Source of the DNA: Albugo candida | Lineage: Eukaryota | DNA length: 64,000 nt | Direction: 5' to 3' | Assembly (NCBI GenBank): GCA_040437565.1 | Contig: JBDOQK010000029.1 | Location: forward strand, 1-64,000 | Shown: positions 40,028-51,622 of the stretch, piece by piece | Position numbering within the stretch: the first letter of the stretch is position 1 | How the letters are laid out: each line of letters opens with the position of its first letter | The notes under the pieces: generated by a model | Told to the model about the DNA's origin: nothing | Seen by the model: only the letters and a program-made list of their open reading frames with translations | Database searches by the model: none | Program-made: the position numbers and the translations under genes

Positions 40028-43000
40028 ATGCCCCTTGGGAGCCGAAACCCATTGATAGCAAAATCGACTCAGATGGACGAAGAGCTAGTACTCTTACAGT
40101 GGCTAAACTCTAGCTTTAAACTACACGAGCGTGTCGTAGATCTTGAGAAAGATTTGTGTGATGGCTTTATTTTTGCACAGATTTTACATCAGAGTGGTCT
40201 GGAACCAAACTTGAGAAAATATGAATCGAGTTCTGGATGGCTGGATGATGATCGTCGGGCTCATAACATAAAGCTATTATGGAAGCGCTTTAGGATCATT
40301 GGTCACGACATACCAATGAGCCTTCTACAGTGCATGATGTCAGGGGACCGTTCAGTAATCTACCGGATACTAAAGACAATGAAAACGATATGCGGGAGAC
40401 GCATAAAATCTATTGCGTGTGGGGAACGCGGCTCAGGTTTGTCGGAAAGTCAGACGCCAATAAGAGACATTGAGACGCCTATACGAGTGCGTAACGTGGG
40501 GCGCGAATCAATCGAACCATTTTAACCTTTTGATACAGTGCACCACTACCTCTTTTAATGGAAACAAGATTCACAGCAATTATTCACTGACGACAAAGAA
40601 TTTCCGCCTGAAGCACGATATGAGAAGTAAAGAAGATAGGTATCGGAATGATAATAAGGCAAGTCCTTTGAACTTAATATGAATACACTACACAAAGGCT
40701 TGTAGAGAGAGAAAAATCCCGAGAAAAGGAAGTTTAAGTATGCGGATGCCAAGAGACAACAAAGAAAGCGCTTTGAGAATGAAAGGAATCGAAAGGAGGT
40801 GATCGATCATTTGCGTGAGTTTGATGAACAAGTCCAATCATCGCCAACAGATAATGACGGTCAGAGTACTGACGCATTTGAATCATATGACGATCACGGA
40901 CTCTCAAAGTATCACGAGGCGAAGCCATTGAATAGACTGAAGCTGATGAAAGAACTTCGCAATCAATATCAACCCCGAATGATCCAGCAAGTAATTACAC
41001 ACAATATCGAACACCAAAGTTCAGGATACCCTAAGGTTTGTTTCAAGATTTTTATTAAGATGATTAGTCATGAATAGGATTGACCATTTCTGTTCCTAGA
41101 CAACACAAACAAAGAAATCTATGCGCGAAAATACCTCAATTTTTAGTGTCAGCGAGAAGTCTCTTGTCTCTAAGAGAGAGGATACAAATAAAAACGTATC
41201 GATATTCACCTTCCGAAACGAAATCAATATGAGCGCTTGTGACGTTTACTTGTTGAGTCAGCGAGATCAACTGGATGCTCACGACAAAAAGATGCGTGTT
41301 GCAAGCGTAAATAGACAGGCAAAAATGTTAGAAGCCTATAAAGACTTTGTGGGTTCAAAGAAACGTTCCGACCGCAATGTTATCCAAGATTTGTGCAGTC
41401 AATTCGTGGGAAAAATAATTTGCCTTACACTTGCCATTGTATCAGAAGCACAAGAAAACGAGATGACAGAAGAGAGATATGTCACACTTAGAAATGAACA
41501 CATGCATTTGGATTCCGTGAAAATTGAAACAGGTAAACATATATCTCTTGATATGGGTTGTGAAATGATCAAAGAAGATATTCTGGATGCTGAGCATATG
41601 TTCACGTCTTGGCATATACGTGCTGATGATCAGCTCTTCGGAGAATGCTCAACAAAATCAAATATACCAGCATACCCTCCAGTCGAAGTTTTATTCTCGA
41701 ATGTTGTTACCGGGTGGCTTGAGAGTATGTATGAGAGGACCTCACAATTAGCAGAAAGAACTTGGCCATCTTTGTGTGGATTCAAGACTGTCGCTATGTA
41801 CACGTACGAAGTAGGTACAATATCAAGAATTTCTACAAAAAAAATTGCTGCACAACGCAAGATGCATTATCTCGAGCTAGACAATGTACTGGAAATCTGT
41901 GCGGATAGCAGCAGCATGTTGGAGAAAAGTGAATGCACAGAGCCATCGGAGTTTTACAAGGTTAGCGTAATTGTACTACATGCAAAACTTATTCATGTTT
42001 TGCGATAGCGATGGTTATTGCCTTATCAAGCCAAAGTCACAAGCTATCGACAAAAAAATCAGGAGATTCCCGAACTTTTAGCGAGTGAAGTAATGATAGC
42101 CGCTATCAGAGCATGTCGAGAAAATAATGACCATCTGTCTGGATGTGTACTAGAAAATTTTCCACGGTTAGTGCTGTCGCGAAGCCAATGACATTTTGCT
42201 GATCTAAATTACCATTGACAAGATCTATAGTTCAGCTCAGACAACTCGAAAAAGCCTACTTAGCAGATTTTATTCCAGACCCAGCAACACAAGCGCACTC
42301 TTTAGCATCCAGTGATATTTTTTTTGATACTTTACAAAAAGAGCGCACTTCTACACCTCTCCCACCTCATGACTACATACTCCAATCGGTGGATGCAGTG
42401 ATTAGAGTGCTGGGTGATGATTCTGCATTCACGCCACAAAGTGGAATGCAGACTACCTCAAGCGACGAAATCTCGCATGTTAAAGCTACGGATGTTCAAG
42501 GCATTATAAAAGACAATCGCATGTGCAATTCAAATGGGATTTCACTGTCTGTAGAATTATTCGGTGTTCACAATCGCTTATTGCAGGTTTATATATTATA
42601 TCATTGCTGTACACCCGAATATGGACTAATATGAGCTGTTTGAAGATCAACATCAGTGGTATGCATGAAGCTGTTGCTCTCGAGGCTATGCATGTAGCCA
42701 TTGAATGTTTTACAAGTGAGACGTTTCAGCCTAGAGCAACTTCGGAGTTCTGCAATCATACTTATTACCCGCCCATGTATATGACAGCTCGAAAAAAACG
42801 TCGAGATAAGGCGTCTGTATCTGATCAGCTTTATTGGCTAAATGCCGAGAAACAGCTTCAGATCGGTGAAAAGGATATTGTGTCTTTTTCCGCTGAATTC
42901 AAACAGGTATCATGGCTGAAAACATATCTATATTGAATGTTTATTTAACTTGATTCTCACAGATCAATAAGAAGTATAATGACGAAATCGTTTTGCTGCT

Positions 43001-45029
43001 TTCCACAATATTCACGGGAATAAGAATGATTGCAGAAAAATGCCAGAAGTTTGAGCAAGATATACGGAACATTTTGAATGTACAGCAGACTTTACAACAA
43101 AAGCTTGATCAAGCATTGTCAAGGCCGGAAAAGCGGGAGGAGATAAATATATCATTACATGACATGTACAATATTCTCGAGGTTGAATTGGGCGATATTG
43201 TCGACAACAGTCGTGTGAAGGCAAATCTATGGTCAGAGAAGTTTGTATTGCCTAGTTTCACAGAAGACTCCCACCTGGCAAATATTAGAGAAGTATTTCT
43301 TTCTTTAGTCCGTCCACTTTGTGAAAAATTAGTTGAGAGAACGATGAAGCGCATCCATACAATCGAGACAAATATGTACGCCAGGCTACCGTTCTTGCGG
43401 TCTGAAAAAGAAAATATTGCGGCACCTCGTGTTCTGGAGAATACCCCTTTGATTTCTGTTATCCACGAGATAATGAATCTATCGAAAGGAAAACAAGATT
43501 CGAACATGTTCGAGCTCCTTCATAGCTTAAATGATTCAATATCAACGCTGTACCATCAAAATGAATTTACCGATAAAACGATAATACCTGACTCAGCTGA
43601 AGAGCAGGAATGCAATCGAAGTAACATGATTAGCGAAGATAATGCTGCATGGACTAGCGTTGAGTATACTCAGCCAACGGAGCAAACGTCGTATGATTCT
43701 GCTTTAAATTCGTCCGAAGACATTGATACGCTTCTCTGCAGGACTGCTGTGTGGCAAAGTGAAATTGGAAATCTTTTGTATCAAATCTATGCTTTGTGTC
43801 ACATGATTTCGTCAATCGTTCAAATCGTGGACGAAGTGTTTGTGGGTGAAATATTGGAATTTGATGAGCTCATAATTATTAATACCAAGCGGCAATTCCA
43901 GGATATAGCCGGGATGATGAAAGACCTGAGTTTAGAATACGAACACAGCACGAAACAAGCTACGAGGCACTTCAACTGGCCGCTGTCACGTGTTGAAGTT
44001 ACTCGTAGTTTTTCTCTACTTTCTTTGCATTTGCCAAGTATCTGCTCTTCGAATTTCCTATCGTTATCTCAAGTAAAGTTACTGATTCAAGAATTCAGGT
44101 CGTTTGACAGAGATGACATCGACGTTACAAGTTTTGCGAAAATCGTTCACGAATGCAGCAGCATGTATGACTTTCCAGAGAAATGGCAAGAATCGCTTTC
44201 AGTTGTTAGCCTTGCACACAGCTTCATTTCAGGGAATAACCTTATCTATTGGAAGTCAGTCATTTTATCTATTTTGCGAGTTCAGTTCACCAACTTTCCA
44301 TCACTGCAAGTGTCAGAAGACTATTGCAAGAAGTTGATAGCACATTTTTGTTCTCAAAACAATAGGCCAACGTTCATGGCCTTTATAAGAAGCTCGCTCA
44401 GTTTTGAAGACTTTGTCAAATTGCCTATATGGTTTGATACGAGTGAACGCTTCGATAAAGAGTTCGAAATTGGCAAGGAAATCACTGCAGTCATATTCAA
44501 ACTGATCGAAACTCCTATGATTGGAATAAATGAACCGCGGAACCCGTCTTGTACAATGCAATCAATTTTCTGGCACATCAACGCTACCATCTCCAACCCA
44601 TCAATCAGGCATTCTCATTTATTTGCACATGGAAATACGCGTCATGTCCAAAATCTTAATCGAGTGCTACCAAATTACTGTTTGGGCATCTTTAGAGGTG
44701 CAGCAATCGTTAGTACGCTCATACAGACGGATACTTTAGTTGATACTGGAAGTCTAACACAATATTTGCCACACGATGAGCCAATAACGCGAGAGTGTGC
44801 GGCTGATGCACTTCGCGTTCTTCTTGAGGTATCCAACCATTCTGCGCTCGGGTTTGATTTCGACTATGTCAATGAGTGTGCAACGAAGCTAAAGAAGTTC
44901 TACATTCAAAATCAGGATGTGTCGTATGTTACAATTGCTGGAGAAGACACTGTACAGAATTCGCATATTGCTTCCCGTCTGTCACTTCAAGATCCCTTTC
45001 GTTCACTTGCAGCCGTTAGTCAGGATTGA
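40028..45029 (+). CDS. SPEF2: SPEF2/CPC1-like central-pair flagellar protein (divergent), multi-exon
   Basis: N-terminal CH-like domain (LLQWLN...LEKDLCDGFIFAQILHQSGL); adenylate-kinase-like remnant IPELLASEVMIAAIRAC...GCVLENFPR..QLRQLEKAY (~42066-42260); C-terminal FPEKW...LIYWKSVIL. Start may be 40072. Confidence 0.6.
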
Positions 45030-45303
45030 TTGACTAAAATATAACATATTTCCTCCTCTTCGCGCAATCTGCGAAACCGTACAATTGACGCTACTCAGTC
45101 GCTTTCGAGCAATAAAATGCATTCAGCACTTGTGCATATCTGATCCCAACCGATGACAACAGGACTTTCGTCAAAATCGGTGAACGCATCTTCTTTAAAC
45201 ATTGCGCTAAATTTTGTAAAATCTTGCGTGCTGCTTCTTTCATTATCTAATAATAGCAAGAGAAAGCGGTATCTCACAATAATTGTGAGCGGACACGAGC
45301 AAA

Positions 45304-47787
45304 ATGAGTCGAAATTTTGGTGATATTCTCAAGAATGGAAAAGAAATTAGGAATGTGACAAATACGGTCTGTAAAAGTGATCAGCTACCTTATTTTATCA
45401 TGGGTGTCTGCTGATAGTATGTTCATTGTTGCTGAATCCGAAGGAGGTGCGGGACCAAGTGCAAGATTTGCTGGAATGGGTAGAAAATCAAGTATACAAG
45501 AGTCACCTCCCACAATTAGACAGGTTTTGACGAAGCTTTGTCGCCTGAATTATTTATGCTGACGTGCTCTGGCAATGAATGTCCAGCCTGAAGTTTATCA
45601 GACCATCTCATGCACAGGATACCTTTTGCCTCATTTTGCAACTTTACTTCCTCATACAGAACGTGAGAAATATGCGTGACATACAAGCCACTTGGTGATA
45701 AGGTTCATACTTATGTACGGTAGCCTCAAGCTCCTAGCGGGACACCACTGCGTATCGAATTCGCTATTCGAATGCCGAGCTCTTATCCCGCAGAAAGTCC
45801 AGTCATATCGTGCATTCAAGGGGGAGAGGTATATGTGCCCAACAGGTTACCTTCGGTGCTATCATTTTCTTTGTTGATGTCCGAAAGCATCTTCATCCAA
45901 TTGGAGCGAATCAGAATTCGCTTACATTACACAAGCGATCAGGAAAAAAAAATCTTACTTCCCTCGTGCAAAAACTATGCATACACGTCGGTGGTTGTAA
46001 CTCGAATACACCTATATGGCAAGACCAGTCGAGCCATTGTAATCACACTATTCGATGAATTATTGACTGGCAATGTACCTTAGCGACTCTGTAGGGCACA
46101 AGAACGATGCGACTTTGGAAACGAACGTACGAGTTTCCGTGTCACAATCAATGCTGGTGTGTATCGTTTGAATGGAGATGTGTGTGATTCAACTTCGCTC
46201 CACGTCCACCGTAGAAAAAAACAGGATTACAAGTTTTGAAAGATGAAGTTGAACTTGACAACAAGATTGTGAATGCTGGTACCACTTTTAAGCTCTTCTT
46301 TGATCTCGTCTATCATTCAATTATAGTCCCTTTTATAGTCGAAAAATCTGATCATGAAGTGGCACCTTGGAAATCTAGTATTCGAGAGATTTTGTGGTCT
46401 GTATGTCGATCCCTGCAGGCAAAATCTGGGCTGCTTCCAACATGAATTTTGAACGATCTTAGGAGCTAAATGTGATAAAAATGATCGGTACTGGATCTAG
46501 GTGAGTAAAGCCATCATTTTTCACTTACGATATGAAAAATGGACTACACATAGCTGCAATGTCTACTTGGCACATTGGCGAGGGACCGAAGTGGCCACAA
46601 AAATGTACGCTTGACTTCTGGATACTCCCGATTCGTTCTTTAATTAGCTCAGCGCAAAAGCTTTACAGGATGTAATGAAGCCGCGAACAGGGAATTCAAT
46701 GCTGAAATAGCAATTGTATCGCTTGTTGGATCTCATCCATCTCTCGTTATTTGCCTCGCAGTGTCGTTACAACCTTTGAGTATTATAATGGAGTATTTAC
46801 CATTTTCGCTTTTGTAAGATAACTTTTATCATGATTCATGGTCATCATTAATATCTTCAAGGCAACCAGTGAATGTATCAAGGCGGCACAGGTCTCAGAA
46901 AGATCAGTACCATTATTCCTGTCGAATTGGGCAAAAAAAGTGACCATTATGGTAAATTGACGAGTAATATCTTTATCACGGAATTTAACTGTTGCATCAG
47001 CTCGACATTGCCAAGGGACTACAATACTTGCATACATTCAATGTCGTTCATCGGTAATGATACTAATTTCATGCAAAGGCACGAGCTGACGAGTGAGGCG
47101 ATAGAGATATCAAATCACTGTAAGAAGTACGAGGTCGCGCTGGAGTCTGTCTCAATGCTATCGCATACTTGAAGGAATATTCTGATCAACTCAGAAGGCC
47201 GAGCAAAAGTCGCAGGTACTCGCACTTTTTATCAGTATCTCAATCTTATGAGCGAGACCTTAGATTTTGGAGTTGCTCGTGTTGCTCATTCTGAGCACAT
47301 GACAGGATCTTGTGGAACATATCAATGGATGGCACCGTATGCATGAGCTACATTGATATGTGCTCTCAATTATCATTCTGTGATCTTAGGGAAGTAATGA
47401 TTAGTGTCCAATACTCCGTTAGTGCCGACGTATACAGGTAGTATCGTCGATTGTATGCGGTGAAAACAGCTCACTTTTCTTCTCTCAGCCTTGCCGTTGT
47501 TCTTTGGGAGATATGCGAAATCTCGGCACCATTTGCAAACCTCCCGCAAGGTTATATCCCGATAGCTGTGGTTAATGAAAAAAAGCGACCGAATTTTACG
47601 AACAGGACGCCACCGGTGCGTGAATTGCTGGCTTTCTCTGACTTTCTGCTCAAATCAGCACTTATAGTCATTGCAAAGTCTTATCTCTCACTGCTGGCAA
47701 GAAAATCCCAAACTTCGGCCAACAGCAGCAGATGTTGCTCTAACTCTGAGTGCTATATTAGAGGATATGATCAATACCACAAAATAA
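45304..47787 (+). CDS. TKL-group Ser/Thr protein kinase with many short introns; N-terminal extent uncertain
   Basis: Spliced motifs IGTGSS/CNVYLAHWRGTEVATK, EFNAEIAIVS, DIAKGLQYLH..VVHR/DIKSL/NILIN..RAKVA/DFGVAR, MTGSCGTYQWMAP/EV, SADVYS, LWEI, CWQENPKLRPTA; stop TAA at 47785-47787. Confidence 0.85.
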
Positions 47788-48229
47788 ATGTATTGACCTG
47801 ATATATCCGTTCTGCTTACTTGCACAAGCTGTTAACGACTGCATGAGTTTTTACATGCTAGTGTTTGTTCTTACGAGTAAATCTATCAGGTAGTAATTGC
47901 GCTTCCTTATTACCAAAACGTGTAGCACGGTGACGTCTAAATCACGGAAATTTATTAACGAATCCAGGGATCATTGGGGGTGGTATTCTTTGGCTCTCTC
48001 AGTAACTCAGAAAGAACCTCGACTTAATCATACTCATTAGATTGAAATGGCCTCATGCCAGTCCGTCCATCATATAGCCCATTGTGTTAGACGTTATTAG
48101 ATTTCGACTGACTGCAATATACTAAGACTACATTGATTCGTGCTAAGGTCATTTGAAGTTTCTAATCTTTCGCTGAAACAGAAGAGCAAGACCGTGTCTC
48201 TGCTCACTCAACTAAGACCGAGATGGCGA

Positions 48230-50900
48230 AAGCAATCAAATACATGAGAAGCGGGGTCTTTCCGGGTTTCAATGGGATGCCAGTGGCATTTTATTAGCTT
48301 GATCTAGATCTAGAAACGTTTGGCGGGTGTCTAAGATCGTTTTCAAATATACCTGGAAAGAAGCATCTTACTTCGATCACAACGGCACTCGGCAATCACC
48401 TTTTATACATAAAGAAGATCACGATGTGTGCCTGACAACTACCGATCGATCGAACCGAGTGAAAGCATTACCGTATCGTACATGGAATTTTGCCAAAATT
48501 GATCCATCTGGATCAAATAGCATCTGCGCGAGAACGATCGATGCATCATCATATTCGACATGTTGCAGACAGACAACACTTGGTCATTCATGTGAAATAA
48601 CAGTGTATGCAACTTTTTTGACTTTAAAAAGCTTATGATCGAGTCAATTGGACAAACATGGTTCGCGTTCTCGAAGAAATGAGCTTGAAGTGAGCTCCAT
48701 CGACTGGATTCGTCTTTTGTCCACCGACAGGAAGGCTAAGTGGATGATCATTGGCAGTATCTCACTGTCCTTACCACCACAACGTGGAGTTCAACCAGGC
48801 GATCCTCTCAGCATTACTATTTCTGATGACGATCGAGCCTCTAATAAGTCCCTTTCGTCGACATGAAGGACATGACATTTGTATCGGCGGCACCACTGTC
48901 GCAACTGGACTATATATTCTTTTTTGCTGACTATTCGACATTCCTTTTGGAAACACTAAATGGTGTTTTGACGTTTTTGACGCAACCCGAAGTGTTCAAG
49001 TCTATTGCGATATACCATGTGCAAACCTTAGCTTGAGAATATCAGCCTTGCTGTCTTTGAGTCGGACGCTATTGAAGTTGGAGGATTTGAGCAATACTAA
49101 GGCATTCCGTTCATCCAGGCACCAACTCATTCGATTACTAATCTACTCCTTACAGACGGATTATTACGATGGGTTTAGTGTATGGTTCCGACGTGCACGA
49201 TCTGTCCATGATCGACTACTGGCTGGAGGATAATTTTATCACGTCTGTTGCAATCGATGCTAAATCGACTTGTGCTTGGTCGAAAACACCAAAAACTTCG
49301 AAGCACGTCCACCTGTTCACCAAAGACTTCAAATCTTCCCCAACATGATGATCGACTACAAATTTAGTTTTTCGGTGAGATGAATGAAGCTAAAGCTCAT
49401 TTAATTTCTTCCGTAGTTTGTATTCGATGCGTCGACAATTATTCCTATCAATTGAACAGCTGCTTCGACGAATTCTCTTTAACTTATTCATCAAAGAAGC
49501 CGATGGACATATCACCATTGCACCACATTGCCAAGGTAAAGATAATTTTTTTGTGATAACATGCATCCAAAATGTGACGTGCGATGGGGTGTAGCAATAC
49601 AATTCCAGATGTTAATGTACTTCAGCGCCGTCACTTATACATTGATCAACCGATGCTGTTCCATTGCGACCAAAAACTACATCTTGAGGCTGCTACTCGT
49701 AATCTGAGTATGCAAGATAGTGGTTGTGCAATTCCGGCATGGCGGACGAACCAAATCGGAAGTTTCAAAAATCGCTCGTTACAGCTTTCCTGATCCGAAG
49801 TCTATAAGCTTTTTAAGACTTTTTGAAGATTGCGACTCATGGCCAACGAGGTAAGCACTCGTCGTTCAAATCCGCAACTACGAAGAGCTTAATACATCGT
49901 ATATGGCCGAAGAAAAGTTGCTGGGTCGATCTGACAATGACGTCACTCAGATATACAGCGTATCCGCTCGGTAATTGGTCTCAACATTTGAGTTTAACTC
50001 ATCACGAGAAGAACATCGCTTCATGTGAGATAAGAAAGTAAGAATTGGTAGCGCTTTTCCCCTATCATCCCCCGATCTCAATAATCATAAATCGTGTGGA
50101 GTTTCCTGAATCAACCGAGAGTCATCCGATGCTGACACATTGATCCCCGCGGGCGAGACCGGACAACAGATTTAGAAGAGGTTCGAGCGTTTATGTTTGC
50201 GTCACGGCATCATCGAGAACGTGTCATTTTAGTTTTTGAAGATCTGAAGTTTCGTCTGGCCTTTCGGATGTCACCAATTCGATCTCGTTTCTGGTTAATA
50301 TGGCCCGACATTATATTGGCACTCAGCCGTAGTACGGAGCAGTGGAATTCGATCAACATCGATTTCTTTAGTGCGATCACATGGGACAAGTATGGATAGA
50401 GCTACGACCTACACGGGATCAGTTTTTCTCATTCCGTCACGCTAGACGCATGTTGTATGAGCCAGCGGATCGGTTGGAATGAAATTGTTATCTGCAGGTT
50501 GTATTCGATTTATGGCTTGCGCTACAAGCGGTGACGCTGCAACTCGTCTGGAGCCGTAGGGATTTTCGTCTGTTCGATCAGTGATCAGCAACCCCGGCTG
50601 TTCCAGCGATTTCCGTGATCTATTTAGTGCGCACATTCAGTAATTTCGACTGCAGTGTTACGGTCAAGACGAGCGCATTCGACTTGAGAAGATACTGAAT
50701 TAGCTATCAACAAGTTCGGTGTTTTGTTTAGGACTCGAATATCATCGCTGCGGGTACGGCACCGTTAAGTAGAAATGTAAGTGCAACTCTGATCCTAGTT
50801 CTGGTTAGATAGCGATGTTCACCTAGTGTGGCAGACACCAATTCGGAAACCACGATTGTTTTGGTGACTGCACATTTTTTGATTAGTTAGAACAACTTGG
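48230..50900 (+). mobile_element. Decayed L1/Tx1-like LINE (RT through zinc-binding C-terminus)
   Basis: PGFNGMPVAFY (~48262), frameshifted DFKKAYDRVNW (~48619), RGVQPGDPLS (~48783). DNA similarity in opposite orientation to 60707-60915 (at 48327-48505) and to 60380-60606 (at ~50625-50845). Confidence 0.85.
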
Positions 50901-51109
50901 ACAATTAGAGCACTCCGTTGGTCTTGTTCTGGTAATTTAGAAACAGTTTACTGTGCTACCCTGTTTCGAGCATGCTTGATGATGCTCTAAGTTTAGGACG
51001 TTGAATCATGAACAAAAGCAATTGCAAATTCCAAGGTCTGAAAAATTTAATAAATTCATTTATGCTATCGAGACCATAGCGTTAATCATATACCATAATA
51101 TTTTGCATG

Positions 51110-51571
51110 TCAATAACACGGTAAACCTTCCAAGTATTGTAGCAGGTGAGCTTGAAAAAGCTGATTGTCAATTGTCTTGATCCGGTGAGGATCGTACAGT
51201 GGATTATTCATAACATATGCCACGAAGATATTAGTATAAATATGACGCAGTACGCTACTCAGATCACCTGAATGAGTATCACTCAATAAAATGAACCGGA
51301 AGCCACTGCTGGTTTCATATTGATGACAAATATACGTGTCTGTTTGATAACGATGAAGACTTTCACATTTCCCAAAAGATCCAATACCACACTCTTCGTG
51401 TCCGCTTGATGGTGCGATCTTGTTTACGAATTCTTTTAGTGAAAAGAGAAGCCCAAAAAGTAGACGCTCCATCTCCTCCTGTTCATTGGAACTTGTGCTT
51501 TTCCCACCGTTCCAGATTTTGTGATACAAACATGAGCCATTTCGAGAATAGATGTAAAACGCATACAACAT
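51110..51571 (-). CDS. TRAPPC1: TRAPP complex subunit 1 (Bet5, sybindin-like longin domain)
   Basis: MLYAFYIYSRNGSCLY, RLLFGLLFSLKEFVNKI, YQTDTY..HQYETSSGFRFILLSD, LRHIYTNIFVAYVMNNPL. Confidence 0.92.
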   Translation of the reverse strand: MLYAFYIYSRNGSCLYHKIWNGGKSTSSNEQEEMERLLFGLLFSLKEFVNKIAPSSGHEECGIGSFGKCESLHRYQTDTYICHQYETSSGFRFILLSDTHSGDLSSVLRHIYTNIFVAYVMNNPLYDPHRIKTIDNQLFQAHLLQYLEGLPCY

Positions 51572-51622
51572 AGCTATTGATGCTTGAGAAACGATGTGTG
51601 TACACATCAATATAGGCTACCA

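Noticed and set aside
45273..45293. aattgtgagcgga, matching the left part of the lac operator, within a short palindrome
   Set aside because: Only 13 nt match and there is no other vector sequence; most likely chance.
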